Below, piece after piece: positions 23,005 to 35,563 of a stretch of 64,000 nucleotides of DNA (positions within the stretch are counted from its first letter, which is position 1; every line of letters starts with the position of its first letter). The notes under the pieces were generated by a model that did no database searches, was not told the DNA's origin, and saw only the letters and a program-made list of their open reading frames with translations. Location: contig NC_082722.1 in the NCBI RefSeq assembly GCF_030144855.1, positions 19,530,001-19,594,000 on the forward strand. The letters run 5' to 3'. Origin of the DNA: Hypanus sabinus. Taxonomy: Eukaryota. The translations under genes and the position numbers were made by a program.

Positions 23005-25154
23005 GTATGATATAAACAATAAACGTTTTGCTTCGAGACCCTTCTTTAGTCTTTGAAGAGAATATGCCCTTGATTAGCCTGGTTTCTTTTCTTAGGGGGA
23101 GGGAAGCAACGTCCCTCTACTTAATTTTTAACAGCCGCATGGACTAGCAATTCTTCCAAGAAGCAAACTTTGCCATGGCTTGTAAAAGGATTATGTACGG
23201 CCTGGCCGTTTATTAACAATGATCTACCGACTTCCATTCTGAGCTTACTGTTAGAATTTCTCACAGCGTTGCAACTTTAAACACTGACAATATAAATATA
23301 TTGAAACTCTAAAATGTTGCCCAGCAATGGTTTGGATGCGGTTCTTATTTAAAAAAAAAACATTCGGATTATATACACCAACATAATTAATTACAGGGTA
23401 TTTTATGATTATATTCACATTGATTTTAAAATTATATCAGCAACAAATGCGAACTGTGCGGGAGTGCTTCAGTTTGGGCGCACGCGCACAGATGAGAGGG
23501 AACAGTGATGCCAAGTGTATACAGACTACAGAGATGGAAGGTTGGTTTCCTGATTAACTGGGCTGTGTCCATAACCTTCTGCATTTTTGCTGTGTTAGGC
23601 ATCCTCCCACAGTCAACATTTCGGTATTATCATTGATTCGATACTTATGTATAGCGTTGAATCATGGTAAAGTTGAATCTTGCTGTACAAAAGCTTCATA
23701 TGTGGTCATTACAGACGAGGATTATACCTCTCTGGAGAAAACATCTTCATTTTGAATCATCGATATAAATTCGTCTATTGACGGATGTAATACTTCGGTT
23801 GTGAATGAAAACCAATGCCTCTCATCATCATGCACAAAGGGTACTCTGTGAATAAACAATGCTATTTCAATCCGCCGTCTGTTTGATCCATCCATAAAGT
23901 GCAAAGTACAAAGATGGCCACTGTGGACTCACGGCCCTCCCACCTGCATTCTGATTTGTAAATATAGTACGGTCCCTGTATGTACATTGAGTTACCAAGC
24001 CAGAGGTCCCTACCGTAAAGGTCAATCAAATACGACCTTCACAGTCCAGCAGGTTGGATGAGTTAAAACCTGCCTTATGAGGTATCAAATTTATTCGCTG
24101 TTATTATATCTAAGTTACACACTGCGCTGCCTTGCAGTTTTAACAAGTGAATTCAATACCCGTATATACGTGTTTCCGTGTGGGTGGCACCACAATTCAG
24201 CGAATGCTTACGAAATGCTAACATCACTTATTTGTTGTTTCCTTTTTGTGTTGCCAGCGGGCCACTCTGCTATTTGGCCGCCCAAATATAATATTTATTT
24301 CACATTATTCTGTGACCTGAACTTTTATCTCCTTTTGAGTCTGTTAGGTAACACCTAAGACATTGATAAGATTAATGGTCAAAAAATAGTACGCATAAAT
24401 TTCAAGATGATATTTATTAAAATGTGCAATATTAATTCGGGAATGAGCGTTCCAACGGGCTTCCATGTTGATACACAGATTTACTGTAGCCACTGCTTCT
24501 GAAATTTGCTTTTACATAGAGCCCATTAAGAAACAATTGCCAGAAGAGGGTTTGGCAATGTCGTGCTATTCTATCATCTTTAGAAATTTCTGTTCATTTT
24601 TGTATGCAGGATATTCTACAGTGCTAGTAAATAATGCTACAGGGTCGAAACGACGATGAAATGAGCTGCCAATGAATAAGCTATGAAACATAGTTTAGAA
24701 AATATCAACAACACTTCGCATTTGCTTGAAGAAACGGTTCCGCTTTTGTAACTTTGTGATTCAAGGAAATGACAATCGGTTGTTTGTCAGTTTTGTTCAT
24801 GGGTAGATGGAAAATGAAAAAGAGAGATAAGAACAGAAACATACTGCCAATTAATAATAAGATATTACATTTGAAACTTCTACTTGAATGTAGAAGTGGA
24901 AACATTATTTACGAGTGGAAAGGTCGAGGAGATTTGAGATGCAAAGCGACCTGCGTGAACAAAGCCAATGAATGATTCGTAATGGGAAATCTACCCCAGT
25001 CACCCATCATTCAGACAAATTTTGAAGGAGCAAGCGGCGTGTAGGGGTCACGGGTCGGCAGGAAAACCATGATCAAGCCAATCAGCCATACGACTATAAG
25101 ATGTAGGAGGAGATTCCGGCCATTTTGCCGATAGGTCTTCTCCGCCATTTCTTG

Positions 25155-28100
25155 CTGAGACCATAAGGCTATAACATATAGTAGTAGAAGTAGGCCATTC
25201 GGGCCATCGAGTCTACTAGGCCATTCAATCATGGGCTAATCCAATTCTTTTGGTCATGCCCACTCCCCTGCCTTCACCCGATACCCTTTCATGCCCCACA
25301 TAATCAAGAGCCTATCTATCGCTGCCTTGAGTACACCCAATGACTTGGCCTCCACAGACGCTCGTGGCAACAAATACCATAGATTTACCACTCTTTGACG
25401 GAAGTACTTTCTCCGCATGTCAGTTCTAAATGGCCGTCCATCAATCCTGAAGTCGTGCCATCTTGTCCTAGAATCCCCTACCATGGAATATAACTTTCCC
25501 ATATCTAATCTGTTCAGGCTTTTTAACATTCGGAATGTTTATGAGAGCCCGCCTCATGCTCTTGAACTCCGTGGAATTCAGCCCAAGAGCTACCTGACGT
25601 TCCTCATACAGTAGCCCTTTCATTCGTGGAATCATTTTTCTAAATCTCCTCTGAACAATCTCCAATTTCAGTATATTCTTTCTAAAATAAGGAGCCCAGA
25701 ACTGCACACAATACTACAAGTGTAGTCTCACGAGTGCCTTATAGAGTCTCAACATCACATCGCTGCTCTTATATTCTATGCCTCTAGAAATGAATGCCAA
25801 CATTGCATTCGCCTTCTTCACAACCGACTGAACCAGCAGGTTAACCTTTAGGGTATCTTGCATAAGAACTCCCAAATCCTTTTGCATCTCTTTGCATCTT
25901 TGCATATTGAATTCTCTCCACATCTAAATAATAGTCTCCCCGTTTTGTTTCTTCCACCAAAAGTGCATGATCATCCACTTTTCAACGTTATATATCTTTT
26001 GCCACTTCTTTGCCCATTCCCCTAAACTATTTAAGTCTTTCTGCAGGTTCTTTGTTTCCTCAACACTACCTGCTCCTCCACCTATCATCGGTAAATTTAG
26101 TCACAAACCCATTAATACCGTACACCAAATCATTGACAGTCCTTGTAAAAAGAATCACCCTCAACATTAACCCCTATGGACATCCACTGGTAACCGGCAG
26201 CCAGCCAGAACAGGGTCCCTTTATTCCCACCTGTTTTCTGATGAGCACCCAATGCTCCATCCATGCTAGTAACTTCTCTATAATTCCATGGGCTCTTATC
26301 TTGCTAAGCAGCTTCTCGTTCGGCACCTTGTCAAAGGCCTTCAGGAAATCCAAGTACACCACATCTACCGCATATCCTTTGTCTATCCTGCTTGTAATTT
26401 CCTCAAAAAATTGCAGCAGATTAGTCAGGCAGGATTTTCCTTTCAGGAAACCATTCTGGCTTTGGCCTATCTTGGAATATGCCACCAGGTACTCCGTAAT
26501 CTCATCCCTAACAATCGATTCCAATAACTTGCCAACCCGATATCAGGCTAACAGGTCCATAGTTTCCCTTCTGCTGCCTCATCACCCTTCTTAAATAGCG
26601 GAGCAGCATTTGCAATTTTCCAGTCATTTGGTACAATGATGTTGTAGCAACAAGGATGTTGCCTGGATGAGGGAACATGTCTTCTGAGAATAGGTTAAGT
26701 GAACTCGGCCTTTTCTTCTTGGAGCCAAAGAGGATGAAAGCTGACCTGATAGAGGTGTATAAGATAATGAGGGGCATTGATCGTGTGGATAGTCATATGC
26801 TTTCTCCCAGGGCTGAAATGGCTAGCACGAGAGGGTATTGTTTTATGATGTTTGGAAGATAGTACAGAAAAGATGTCAGGGTTGGTTTTTTTACACAGAG
26901 AGTGGTGAATGCATGGAATGGGATGCCGGCAGTACTGGTGGAGACAGAAAATATAGGGTATTTTAAGAGTCTCTTGGATAGGTACATGGAAAAACAGAGG
27001 GTTCTGTGTAAGCCTAGGTAGTTCTAGGGTATGGAGCAAACATGAGGAAATCTGCATATGCTGAAAATTCAAACAACAACACACACAAGTCGAAGGGTCT
27101 CGGCCCGAAACGTCGACAGCGCTTCTCCCTATAGATGCTGCTTTGCCTGCTGTGTTCTACCAGCATTTTGTGTGTGTTCTAGGGTAAGGACATGTTCGGT
27201 GCAACTTTGTGGGTCGAAGGTCCTTTATTGTGCTTTCTATATTTCAATATTTCTATGTTTCTAATGCCAGAATCTATCGATTCTTGAAAGATCATCGTTA
27301 ATCCCTCAGCAATCTCTCCGCTAGTTCCTTCAGACCCTAAGGGTATATTCCATCAGGTCCAGGAAATTTATCCACCCTGACACCATTAAGTTTCCTGAGC
27401 ACCTTCTCTGTCGTAATTTTCACTGCACAAACTTCATTTCCCTGACACTCTTGATTGTCCGGTATACTGCAAACGTCTTCCACTGTGAAGACTGACGCAC
27501 AATATGCATGCAGTTCCTCTGTCATCTCTGCATCTGTCAATACAATACCTCCAGCATCATTTTGTATTTGTCCTATATTTACCCTCGACTGCCTTTAACC
27601 GTTTATGTACTTTAAAAAGAACTTCTATTATCTTCTTTGATATTATTCGCCAGCTTCTTTTCAGAATTCATCTTTTCCTTCCTAATAACCTTTTGAGCTT
27701 CCTTCTGCAAGTTTTAAGAGCTTCCCAATCCTTTGTCTTCCCACTACTTCTGGCTTCCTTGTATGCCCTATCTTTTGCTTTTACTTTGGCTCTGACTTCA
27801 CTTGTTAGCCACGGTAGTGTCCTTATTTTCTTTGAAAATATCTTGCTATTTGGGATATATCTATCTTGCACTTCCCTCATTTTATTGCAGATACTCCAGC
27901 CATTGCTACTCTGTTGTCCTTCCTGCAAATGTCCCTATCCAGTCAACTTCGATCATTTCGCCTGTCATGTCATTGTAATTTCCTTTATTCCACTGAAATA
28001 CAGACACATTGGATTTTATTTTTCCCTCTGAAATTTCAATGCGAACTCAATCATATTGTGGTCACTCTTGCGTAAGGGCTCCTTAACAAGCTCTCTTATA

Positions 28101-29900
28101 CCCTCCGGATCATTTCATAACACCCAATCCAGCAGAGCCGATCCCCTAGTGGGCTCAACAACAACTGTTCTAAAAAGCCATCTCTTGGACATTCTACAAA
28201 TTCTCTCTCTTGAGGTCCAGTAGTGAGCTGGTTTTCTCAATCCACTTTAATGTTAAAATCCCCAACGATTATCATGACATTGCGTTTCTGACACGCCTTT
28301 TCTATCTCTTGCTGTAATTGGTAATCCACATCCCGGCTGCTGTTCGGAGGCCTGTATACAATTGTCATTGGGTTCCTTTCATCCTAGCCATTTCATAACC
28401 AGTAGAGTCTCTACAACTTCCAATCCTATGTCATCTCTTTCTAATGATTTTTATACACGGAGACACACCACACCCTCTGCCTACTAATCTGTCTTTCGGT
28501 CGCACTGCATATCCTTGGACGTTAGGTTCCGAATTGCAGCTATCATTTCGCCAAGTTTCAGAGATGGCCACAACATCATATTTGCCAATCTGTACCTGAA
28601 TTTCAAGGTCGTCCATTTTATTCCTTATGCTGCGTGCATTCAAATATAACACTTTCAGTCCAGTGTTTGTTGCTTGCTGTTTTAACTGCAAGACGCCTCT
28701 ATTGCCCAGTAACTCACCCCACTGGCTGTGATTAAGCCTCATCACCTGCCTGTTCATTGCATAATCTCTGTTGCACGCTACTTCTGTTTTCCCCTTCGCT
28801 ATCATTCAGGTTCCCATCCCCCTGCTAAATGAGTTCAAACGCTCTCTCACAGCTCTGTTAAATCGGCCCATTTGGATATTGGACGCCTTTGGGTTCATGT
28901 GTAACCGTCCTTTTTTACAAGCCGTATCTCCCGCAGAAGAGGCCCCAATGATCCAGGATTCTGAAGACCTGCCACCTACACCAGTCTCTCCGCCACAAAT
29001 TAATACGCCTGAACATGCTATTTTTTTTCACTCGCTGGCACGTGACACAGACGGTAATCCTGAGATTACTGCCCTGGACGTCCTGCTTTTCAGCTTTCCA
29101 ACTAACTCACTGAATTATCTCTTCACACTCCTCCGTTTTTCTACATTTGTCATTCCTATCAATGTGCACCAGGTCTTCTGTCTGTTCACCCTCTCCCTTC
29201 AGAATACTCTGCACCCGATCCGAGACACCGCTTACCCTGGCACCTGGCAGGTAACACACCATCAGGCTGACAGAACCCACTGTCTGTTCCCCTCACTATG
29301 GAATCCCTTATGACTACCGCATTCATCATCTTCCTCTGTCCCTCAGACCGCAGACCCAATCGTCATGGTCGTCCTTTGTCAGGTCATAACCCTCTACCGC
29401 TTCCAAAACGAGATAAGAATTACAGAGGCGGATGGCCACAGGGATACTCATTATTATCTGAGCTCTGCCCTTCGCTTCCCTGACCGTCACCCACTTATCT
29501 AACTCCTGCTGCCTCGGGGTGACTAACTCTATCTCTCTCCTGTTCCTTCTTTCCTGATAAGCCGAAGGTCATCGAGCCGCAGCTCCAGATCCCTACCATG
29601 GTCTGTCAGGAGCTACATCTCGGTGCACTTGGCGCAGATGTGGCCATCTGGGAGAATGGAAGATTCCCGGGATTCCCACATCTGACATCCAGAGCAAAAT
29701 ACTAACCCTACCAACATGTTCAAACATGTAAAGAAGTACCTCAAAGATGTAAAGAAAAAGCAAATACGAATTCCACCTACCCACTTACCTCGCCTAAGCC
29801 TGTTGCTTCTACTTTCGGCACTTTCCACTCCGCTGAACCATTCTATACTTTCGTTTGTCAAGCTCAGTTGCCGCCGCTGATAGGCCCCGGACAATAGACC
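25155..29900 (-). mobile_element. Near full-length degenerate CR1 LINE (ORF1 and ORF2)
   Basis: ORF1 N-terminus LVFCSGCQMWE...HICAKC at about 29700, esterase region, endonuclease (LKVLYLNARSIRNK), RT (DFLKAFDKVP) and a 3' tail near 25155. Confidence 0.92.
26637..27263 (+). mobile_element. CR1 3' fragment inserted antisense into the larger CR1, itself carrying a Penelope-derived insert (27032-27175)
   Basis: RMKADLIEVYKIMRGIDRVD motif. The inner insert is flanked by an 11-bp direct repeat GTTCTAGGGTA (27021-27031 and 27176-27186). Confidence 0.8.
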
Positions 29901-30049
29901 AATTCCGCGAAGATCTCGTTTTAAATAACAAAGATATCAGTACCGTCTTGAAGCAGAATTTTGTTACCGGAGCACTGAAAAGTGGCTAATACCCATTCAT
30001 TTAAGAAGGCCCGCAAGTACAGGTAGAAAGCTAAGTAACCGGGAAAAGA

Positions 30050-31920
30050 TACTGAATGAAGGATAGAATCTGTCACAAATTGGAAAGGCAAAGAGTGTAA
30101 AAGTGACCGTCACAGTGGATTTCTCATGGGGAATCTCCATCACAAATTTGATTCAGTTGTTTTGAAGAGGCTGAGCAGAAAATTGCTGAGGGGAGGGCAG
30201 TAGACTGTATTTTAATTAAATTTACAATGTCCCATATGACAGTCTAGCATAGAAAGCTGGGTGACACGGAAGCCGAAGTGAGTCAGACGGTGATACTGGA
30301 GACTTGATATCAAGAGAAAAGGCTTGCCGATAGTGATTTATTGAACAGGTAGGTCTTTGTTCTAGTACTGTTTGACATCTCTGAAATACTTACTTAATAT
30401 TATTTTATGTTGTTCATAATTTCCGGATTCAGCGGAATTAGTGATATACCAGACAGTGAAAATTAACTAAGACGAGGAATTGGGAAAGTGGGCCACGCAA
30501 TTTCAGATAGGTTTTAACTCGAATATTTGCCAGTATTAGTTCGTTGCTTTTTGATTATTTAAGCTAGGGCAGAATTTGCACAACAGATTTCCGGCGTTGA
30601 AATAGAACACGGTGACTGAGAGCTTCAGGCACTTTGATCTGTAGAATTGTCGACAGACGTGGGCAGGCTGGTAAAGACGTTGTTTGACACCATTGAAACG
30701 ACAGTTCGGAATCAGTATCAGTACAGTATCACAATCAGATTTAATATCACCGGCATGTGTCGTGAAATCTGTTAACTTAGCAGCAGCAGATCAATGCAGT
30801 ACATAATTTAGAGAAAGGGAAATAAATAAACCTAATAGACTTTGCGTATATTAAATAGATTTAAAACGTGTAAATATAAAAATAATATATGTTTAAAAAT
30901 TGGTAGTATTCACGGATTCAATGTTGGCAGAGGGAAGAAGTTGTTCCTGAATCGCATAGTGTGTGCCTTCAGGTTTCTGATTCGCCTACCTGATGGTAAC
31001 AGTGTTAAAATGACATGCCTTGGGTGCTGGGGATCCTTAATAATGGACGCTGCCTTTCTGAGACACCTCTCCTTGAAGATGTCCCGAGTAATATGTAGGC
31101 TTATACCCCAGATGAAGCTGACTAAATTTTCCGAACCTCTTCAGCTTTTTTCAGTCCTGTGCAGTAGCCCCACCCCTTCCCCCCACCATGCAGACGCAGC
31201 CTGTCAGAATGCTGTCCACAGTACACTTATAGAAGTTTTTGAGTGTTTCTGTTGGCATACCACATCTCTTCAAACACTAATGAAATATAGTCGCTGTCTT
31301 GCATTCTTTACAGCTGCATCGATATATTGTGTCCCGGTTAGATCCTCAGAGAGCTTGACACCCAGGATCTTGAAACTAATCAGTCTCTCCACTTCTGATC
31401 CCACTATGAGGATTGGTGTTTATTCCTTCGTCTTACCCTTCCTGAAGTCCACAAGCATCTCTTTCGTCTTACTGACGTTGAGTGCAAGTTGTGACAATGA
31501 CCACAGGATCTGGTACGTCATGTTCAACTGTACAAATCGTTTGTGAAACAGAACGTTGTGCATTCGTTGGTGGAAAGTAAGTTGTGAATTTTGATCGCCG
31601 ACAATAGAAAAGATGCGATGAAGCTTGAGATAGTGCAGAAAAGATTGACAAGGGTGTAAGCAGGGGTATGATCACAGTCTTTTACCCAGAATCTGTTAAC
31701 TGAAAATAAGAATACATCGATTCCAGGCGAGAGAGAAAATATTGAAATAAGTCTAGGGCAACTTTTTCAACAAAAGAGGTTTGGTAAAATGAACAGAGTA
31801 CCAGATGAATCTGTAGAGGTGGGTACGATTCCAATGTCGAAAGTACATTTGGATTGTTTCATGGATAGAAAAAGTTTATTGTGGCAAGATCCAAACGCAG
31901 CCAAATTCGCCCAACTGGGG
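30050..31920 (+). mobile_element. Ancient degenerate CR1 (paralogous to 17950-19280), interrupted by Rex1
   Basis: Shares cagtcttttacccagaat, tctagggcaa, gatgaatctgtaga and tgaacaggtagg with the 18-19 kb copy. Confidence 0.55.
30720..31500 (-). mobile_element. Rex1/Babar LINE RT C-terminus and 3' UTR
   Basis: The minus strand reads LALNVSKTKEMLVDFRK...FKILGV...KNARQRLYF. Confidence 0.85.
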
Positions 31921-32379
31921 ATTTTCAATAGTTCAATACTTCCAATTTAATATCAGAGAATACATACAATATAAAACCTGAAATTCTCGGCCTTCGCAGA
32001 CATCATGAAAACAGAATAGCACCCCAAACAATCAATGACAGCAGACACGTTAGAACCCCAAAGCCTTCCTCTCCCCTCCCAGCAACAAGCAGCAACACTC
32101 CGATACCACTACCCCAGCAAGAAATCAGCAGCAAAGACCCCAAGAGAGACCAAGATCTGCAGTACAGAAAAAAAAAACGAATCGCCCAGCCAACCAGTAC
32201 AACATCTCCCTAATATGTCGCTGCGGACAGCGGAGCGGGAGCAAGGAGTGCTCGAGGTCGACAGACGACTGGAGATCGGAGGATCAGCCATTGTAGGTAG
32301 GCCGAGACCGTCGGACCGACCTGGACAGTACCTGAGGAGGAAGGTAAAACTGCGCAGGCGCGCGTAACGTCAGCGGCGA

Positions 32380-33010
32380 GCGTGGGTTTTAAAAAGAGGC
32401 CCACTTTTAGGAGCGGACAGTGTCGGTGCGGGCAGCGGAGTGCTGGGCTTTGGCTCAGCGGGCTTCTGCGCAAGGGGACTTCGGTGAGAGGAAATCAGTG
32501 AGCCTGAGTACTTGCTTGCTGAGGTAAGAAAGGTAAGGTCAGGAGGTACTTCCTTCATTTATTCTGACTAATCTGGGATCAAGTAATGGGGGAGACAGTC
32601 AGAGCAGTGGTGTGCTCCATATGCAGTATGTGGGAGGTCAGAGTCAACACAGTTGTCCCTAATGACCACACCTGCAAAAGGTGCATCCAGCTGCAGCTCC
32701 TATCAGACCGAGTTAGGGAATTGGAGCGGGAGCTTGATGAACTACGGATCATTCGGGAGGCAGAGGCAGAGAAAGATAAGAGTTTTCGGGATTTAGTCAC
32801 ACCGAAAAGACAGGAGGTAGGCAAATGGGTGACATTCAAGAGAGGCAGAGGGAGCAGACAGAGAGAGCAGACACCCCTGTGGCCGTTCCCATTAACAATA
32901 AGTATACCGTTTTGGATACTGTTGGTGGGGATGACCTACCAGGAACAAGTTGCAGTGGTCCTGTCTCTGGCACTGAGGTTGGACCCTCGACTAGGAAGGG
33001 AGGAGGGAAT
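32380..33010 (+). mobile_element. CR1 LINE 5' UTR and ORF1 N-terminus
   Basis: ORF 32586: VVCSICSMWEV...HTCKRCIQLQLLSDRVRELERELDEL (zinc finger plus coiled coil). Confidence 0.88.
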
Positions 33011-33560
33011 GCCTTCATCTAAATCGTTGATGTAAATCGAAAACAGCTGTGGTCCCAATACCGAGCCCTGTGGCACCCCACTAGTCACCGCCTGCCATTC
33101 CGAGAAACACCCATTCACCGTTACCCTTTGCTTTCTATCTGCCAACCGGTTTCTATCCATGTTAATATCTTCCCCCCAGTGCCATGAGCTCTGATTACAC
33201 CCACCAATCTCCTATGTGGGACCTTATCAAATGCCTTCTGAAAATCGAGGTATACTACATCGACTGGACCTCCGTTGTCTAACTTCCTGGTTACATCCTC
33301 AAAAAACTCCAATAGATTAGTCAAGCATAATTTGCCCTTGGTAAATCCATTCTGGCTCGGCCCAATCCTTTCACTGCTATCTAGATATGCCACTATTATG
33401 GGTCCTGGAACAGGTAACTGAGACACCCCAACCTCCATACAAAATATGACCAGTCTACAACCACTCTTTGCCTTCTGTGTGCAAGCCAGTTCTGGATCCA
33501 CAAAGCAATGTCCTCTTGGATCCCATGCCACCTTATTTTCTCAATAAGCTTTGGGTACCT
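33010..33560 (-). mobile_element. CR1 RT fragments in inverted orientation
   Basis: GPSQNGFTKGK...DFQKAFDKVPH...[10 protein letters not shown]...INDLDEGI on the minus strand. Confidence 0.88.
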
Positions 33561-33774
33561 TATCAAATTACCGGCTTATTTGGAAAGTAAATTTCTCCTA
33601 CTGTTCATCAAGCTATCTCCCCTGCACTTCACACTCTAGTTATATGTTGACAGCTTGCCTTGGAGAGGAGGATGCCAGTCAGTTTGCAAGCAGAACTTCT
33701 GACTGTGTAGGATTTAATGTTCTACCTTTCTTATATTGTAGGCCGTATCTCGGGTAATGTTGAATTGAGTATAG

Positions 33775-34610
33775 AGAGGAAATTAAGAACCTGGTGGCAT
33801 GGTGCGAAGACAATAACCTATCTCTCAACGTCAGCAAGACGAAGGAATTGGTTGTTGACTTCAGAAGGAGTAACCGACCGCACTACCCCATCTACATTTG
33901 TGCTGTGCGGGTGGAACAGATCAAAAGCTTTAGGTTCCTCGGGGTCAATCTCACAAATGACCTGACTTGGTCTAACCAAGCAGAGTTGACTGCCAAGAAG
34001 GCTCACCAGCGCCTTTACTTCCTGAAAAAGCTGATGAAATTTGACCTGTCCCCAAAAACTCTCAGTAATTTTTATAGATACTCCGTAGAAAGCATTCTTC
34101 TAGGGAATGGAAGTTGTCCTGTCCAAAACTGGAAGAAGCTACAGAAGATCGTGAACACAGCCCAGCACATCATACAAACCAATCTTCCGTCATTGGACTG
34201 ACTTTACACCGCACGCTGTCGGTGCAGTGCTGTTAGGATAATCAAGGACACGATCCCACCAGGCAACACATTTTTTTTGTCCCTCTTCCCTCCGGGAGAA
34301 GTTCAGGTTCTTGAAGCCTAGTACGGCCAGATTTGGGAACAGCTTCTTTCCAACTGTGATAAGACTGCTGAACGGATCCTAACTCGGATCCGGGCCGAAC
34401 CTTCCAAATATCCGGACCTGGCTCTCGGGGTGATTTTTTCCACTACCTTACTTTCCCTTCTCTATTTTTTATTTCTGATTTATAATTTGAATTTTTATTA
34501 TACTTACTATCGATTTCTACTCCAGGGAGCGCGAAACGCAGAATCAAATATCGCTGTGATGATATTTACTCTAGTATCAATTGTTAGGCGACAATAAAGT
34601 AATGAAGTAA
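33775..34610 (+). mobile_element. Rex1/Babar LINE 3' portion
   Basis: WCEDNNLSLNVSKTKELVVDFRR...KKAHQRLYFLKKL. Confidence 0.88.
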
Positions 34611-34624
34611 AGTAAAGCACTTTC

Positions 34625-35240
34625 ATGCTTACCAAAGCCCCAGTAAATCCTCTTGCATTTGTACAGAGCACTGGTGAGACCATATCTGGAGTATTGTGTA
34701 CAGTTTTGGTCTCCAGAGTTAAGGAAGGACATCCTGGTTGTAGAGGAAGTGCAGCGTAGATTCACGAGATTAATCCCTGGGATGTCTGGACTGTCTTACA
34801 AAAAGATGTTAGAGAGACTGAGCTTCTACACGCTGGAATTAAGGAGATTGAGAGGGGTTCTGATTGAAACATATAAGATTATTAAGGGATTGGACAAGAT
34901 AGAGGCAGGAAATAAATTCCAGATGCTGGGAGAGTCCAGTACCAGAGGACATGGTTTGAGAATAAGGGGTAGGTCATTTAGGACAGAGTTAAGGAAAAAC
35001 TTCTTCTCCCAGAGAGTTATGGGGGTCTGGAATGCACTGTCTCGGAAGGTAGTGGAGGCCAGTTCTCTGGTTGCTTTCAAGAAGGAGCTAGATAGGTATC
35101 TTATGGATAGGGTAATCAAGTGATATGGGGATAACGCAGGAACCGGGTATTGATAGTAGTTGATCAGCCATGATCTCAAAATGGCGGTGCAGGCTCGAAG
35201 GGCCGAATGGTCTACTTCTGCACCTATTGTCTATTGTCTA
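34625..35240 (+). mobile_element. CR1 LINE 3' end (young subfamily)
   Basis: ORF 34653-35123 (LYRALVRPYLEYCVQFWSP...) followed by a (ctattgt)n-type tail. Confidence 0.92.
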
Positions 35241-35563
35241 TAAAACACCTTCAAACTTCCCAACGACCCTCTTAGGCACAATATGCATTCTGGCGCCCCC
35301 ATAGTGCAACACATGTCTACTATTTGCTAACATGAGTAAAAGAAATCCTTAGGGTTGGCAGGTTCTCGAATTAGTTCTAATTCACCGTTTAGAAAACAGG
35401 TCGCGCAATGATACAGTCAAGTGCTATATCATAACGAGACCCGTTTTCCGTACATCTGCAGAGAGAGTTGAGGCTTAGGGTTTATGAACTATTAAATTGT
35501 ATGAACTCTCTCCATATCGCGAGTCAAGTGGAACTGTTGAGCACCCTTGCTTCTAATCTATGC

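Noticed and set aside
24705-24905. TM-like hydrophobic ORF suggesting a second receptor gene
   Set aside because: No convincing splice sites and no associated Ig or ITIM exons; it is the antisense of an A/G-rich tract.
30842-31546. 234-aa plus-strand ORF
   Set aside because: It is the antisense of a Rex1/Babar RT fragment.
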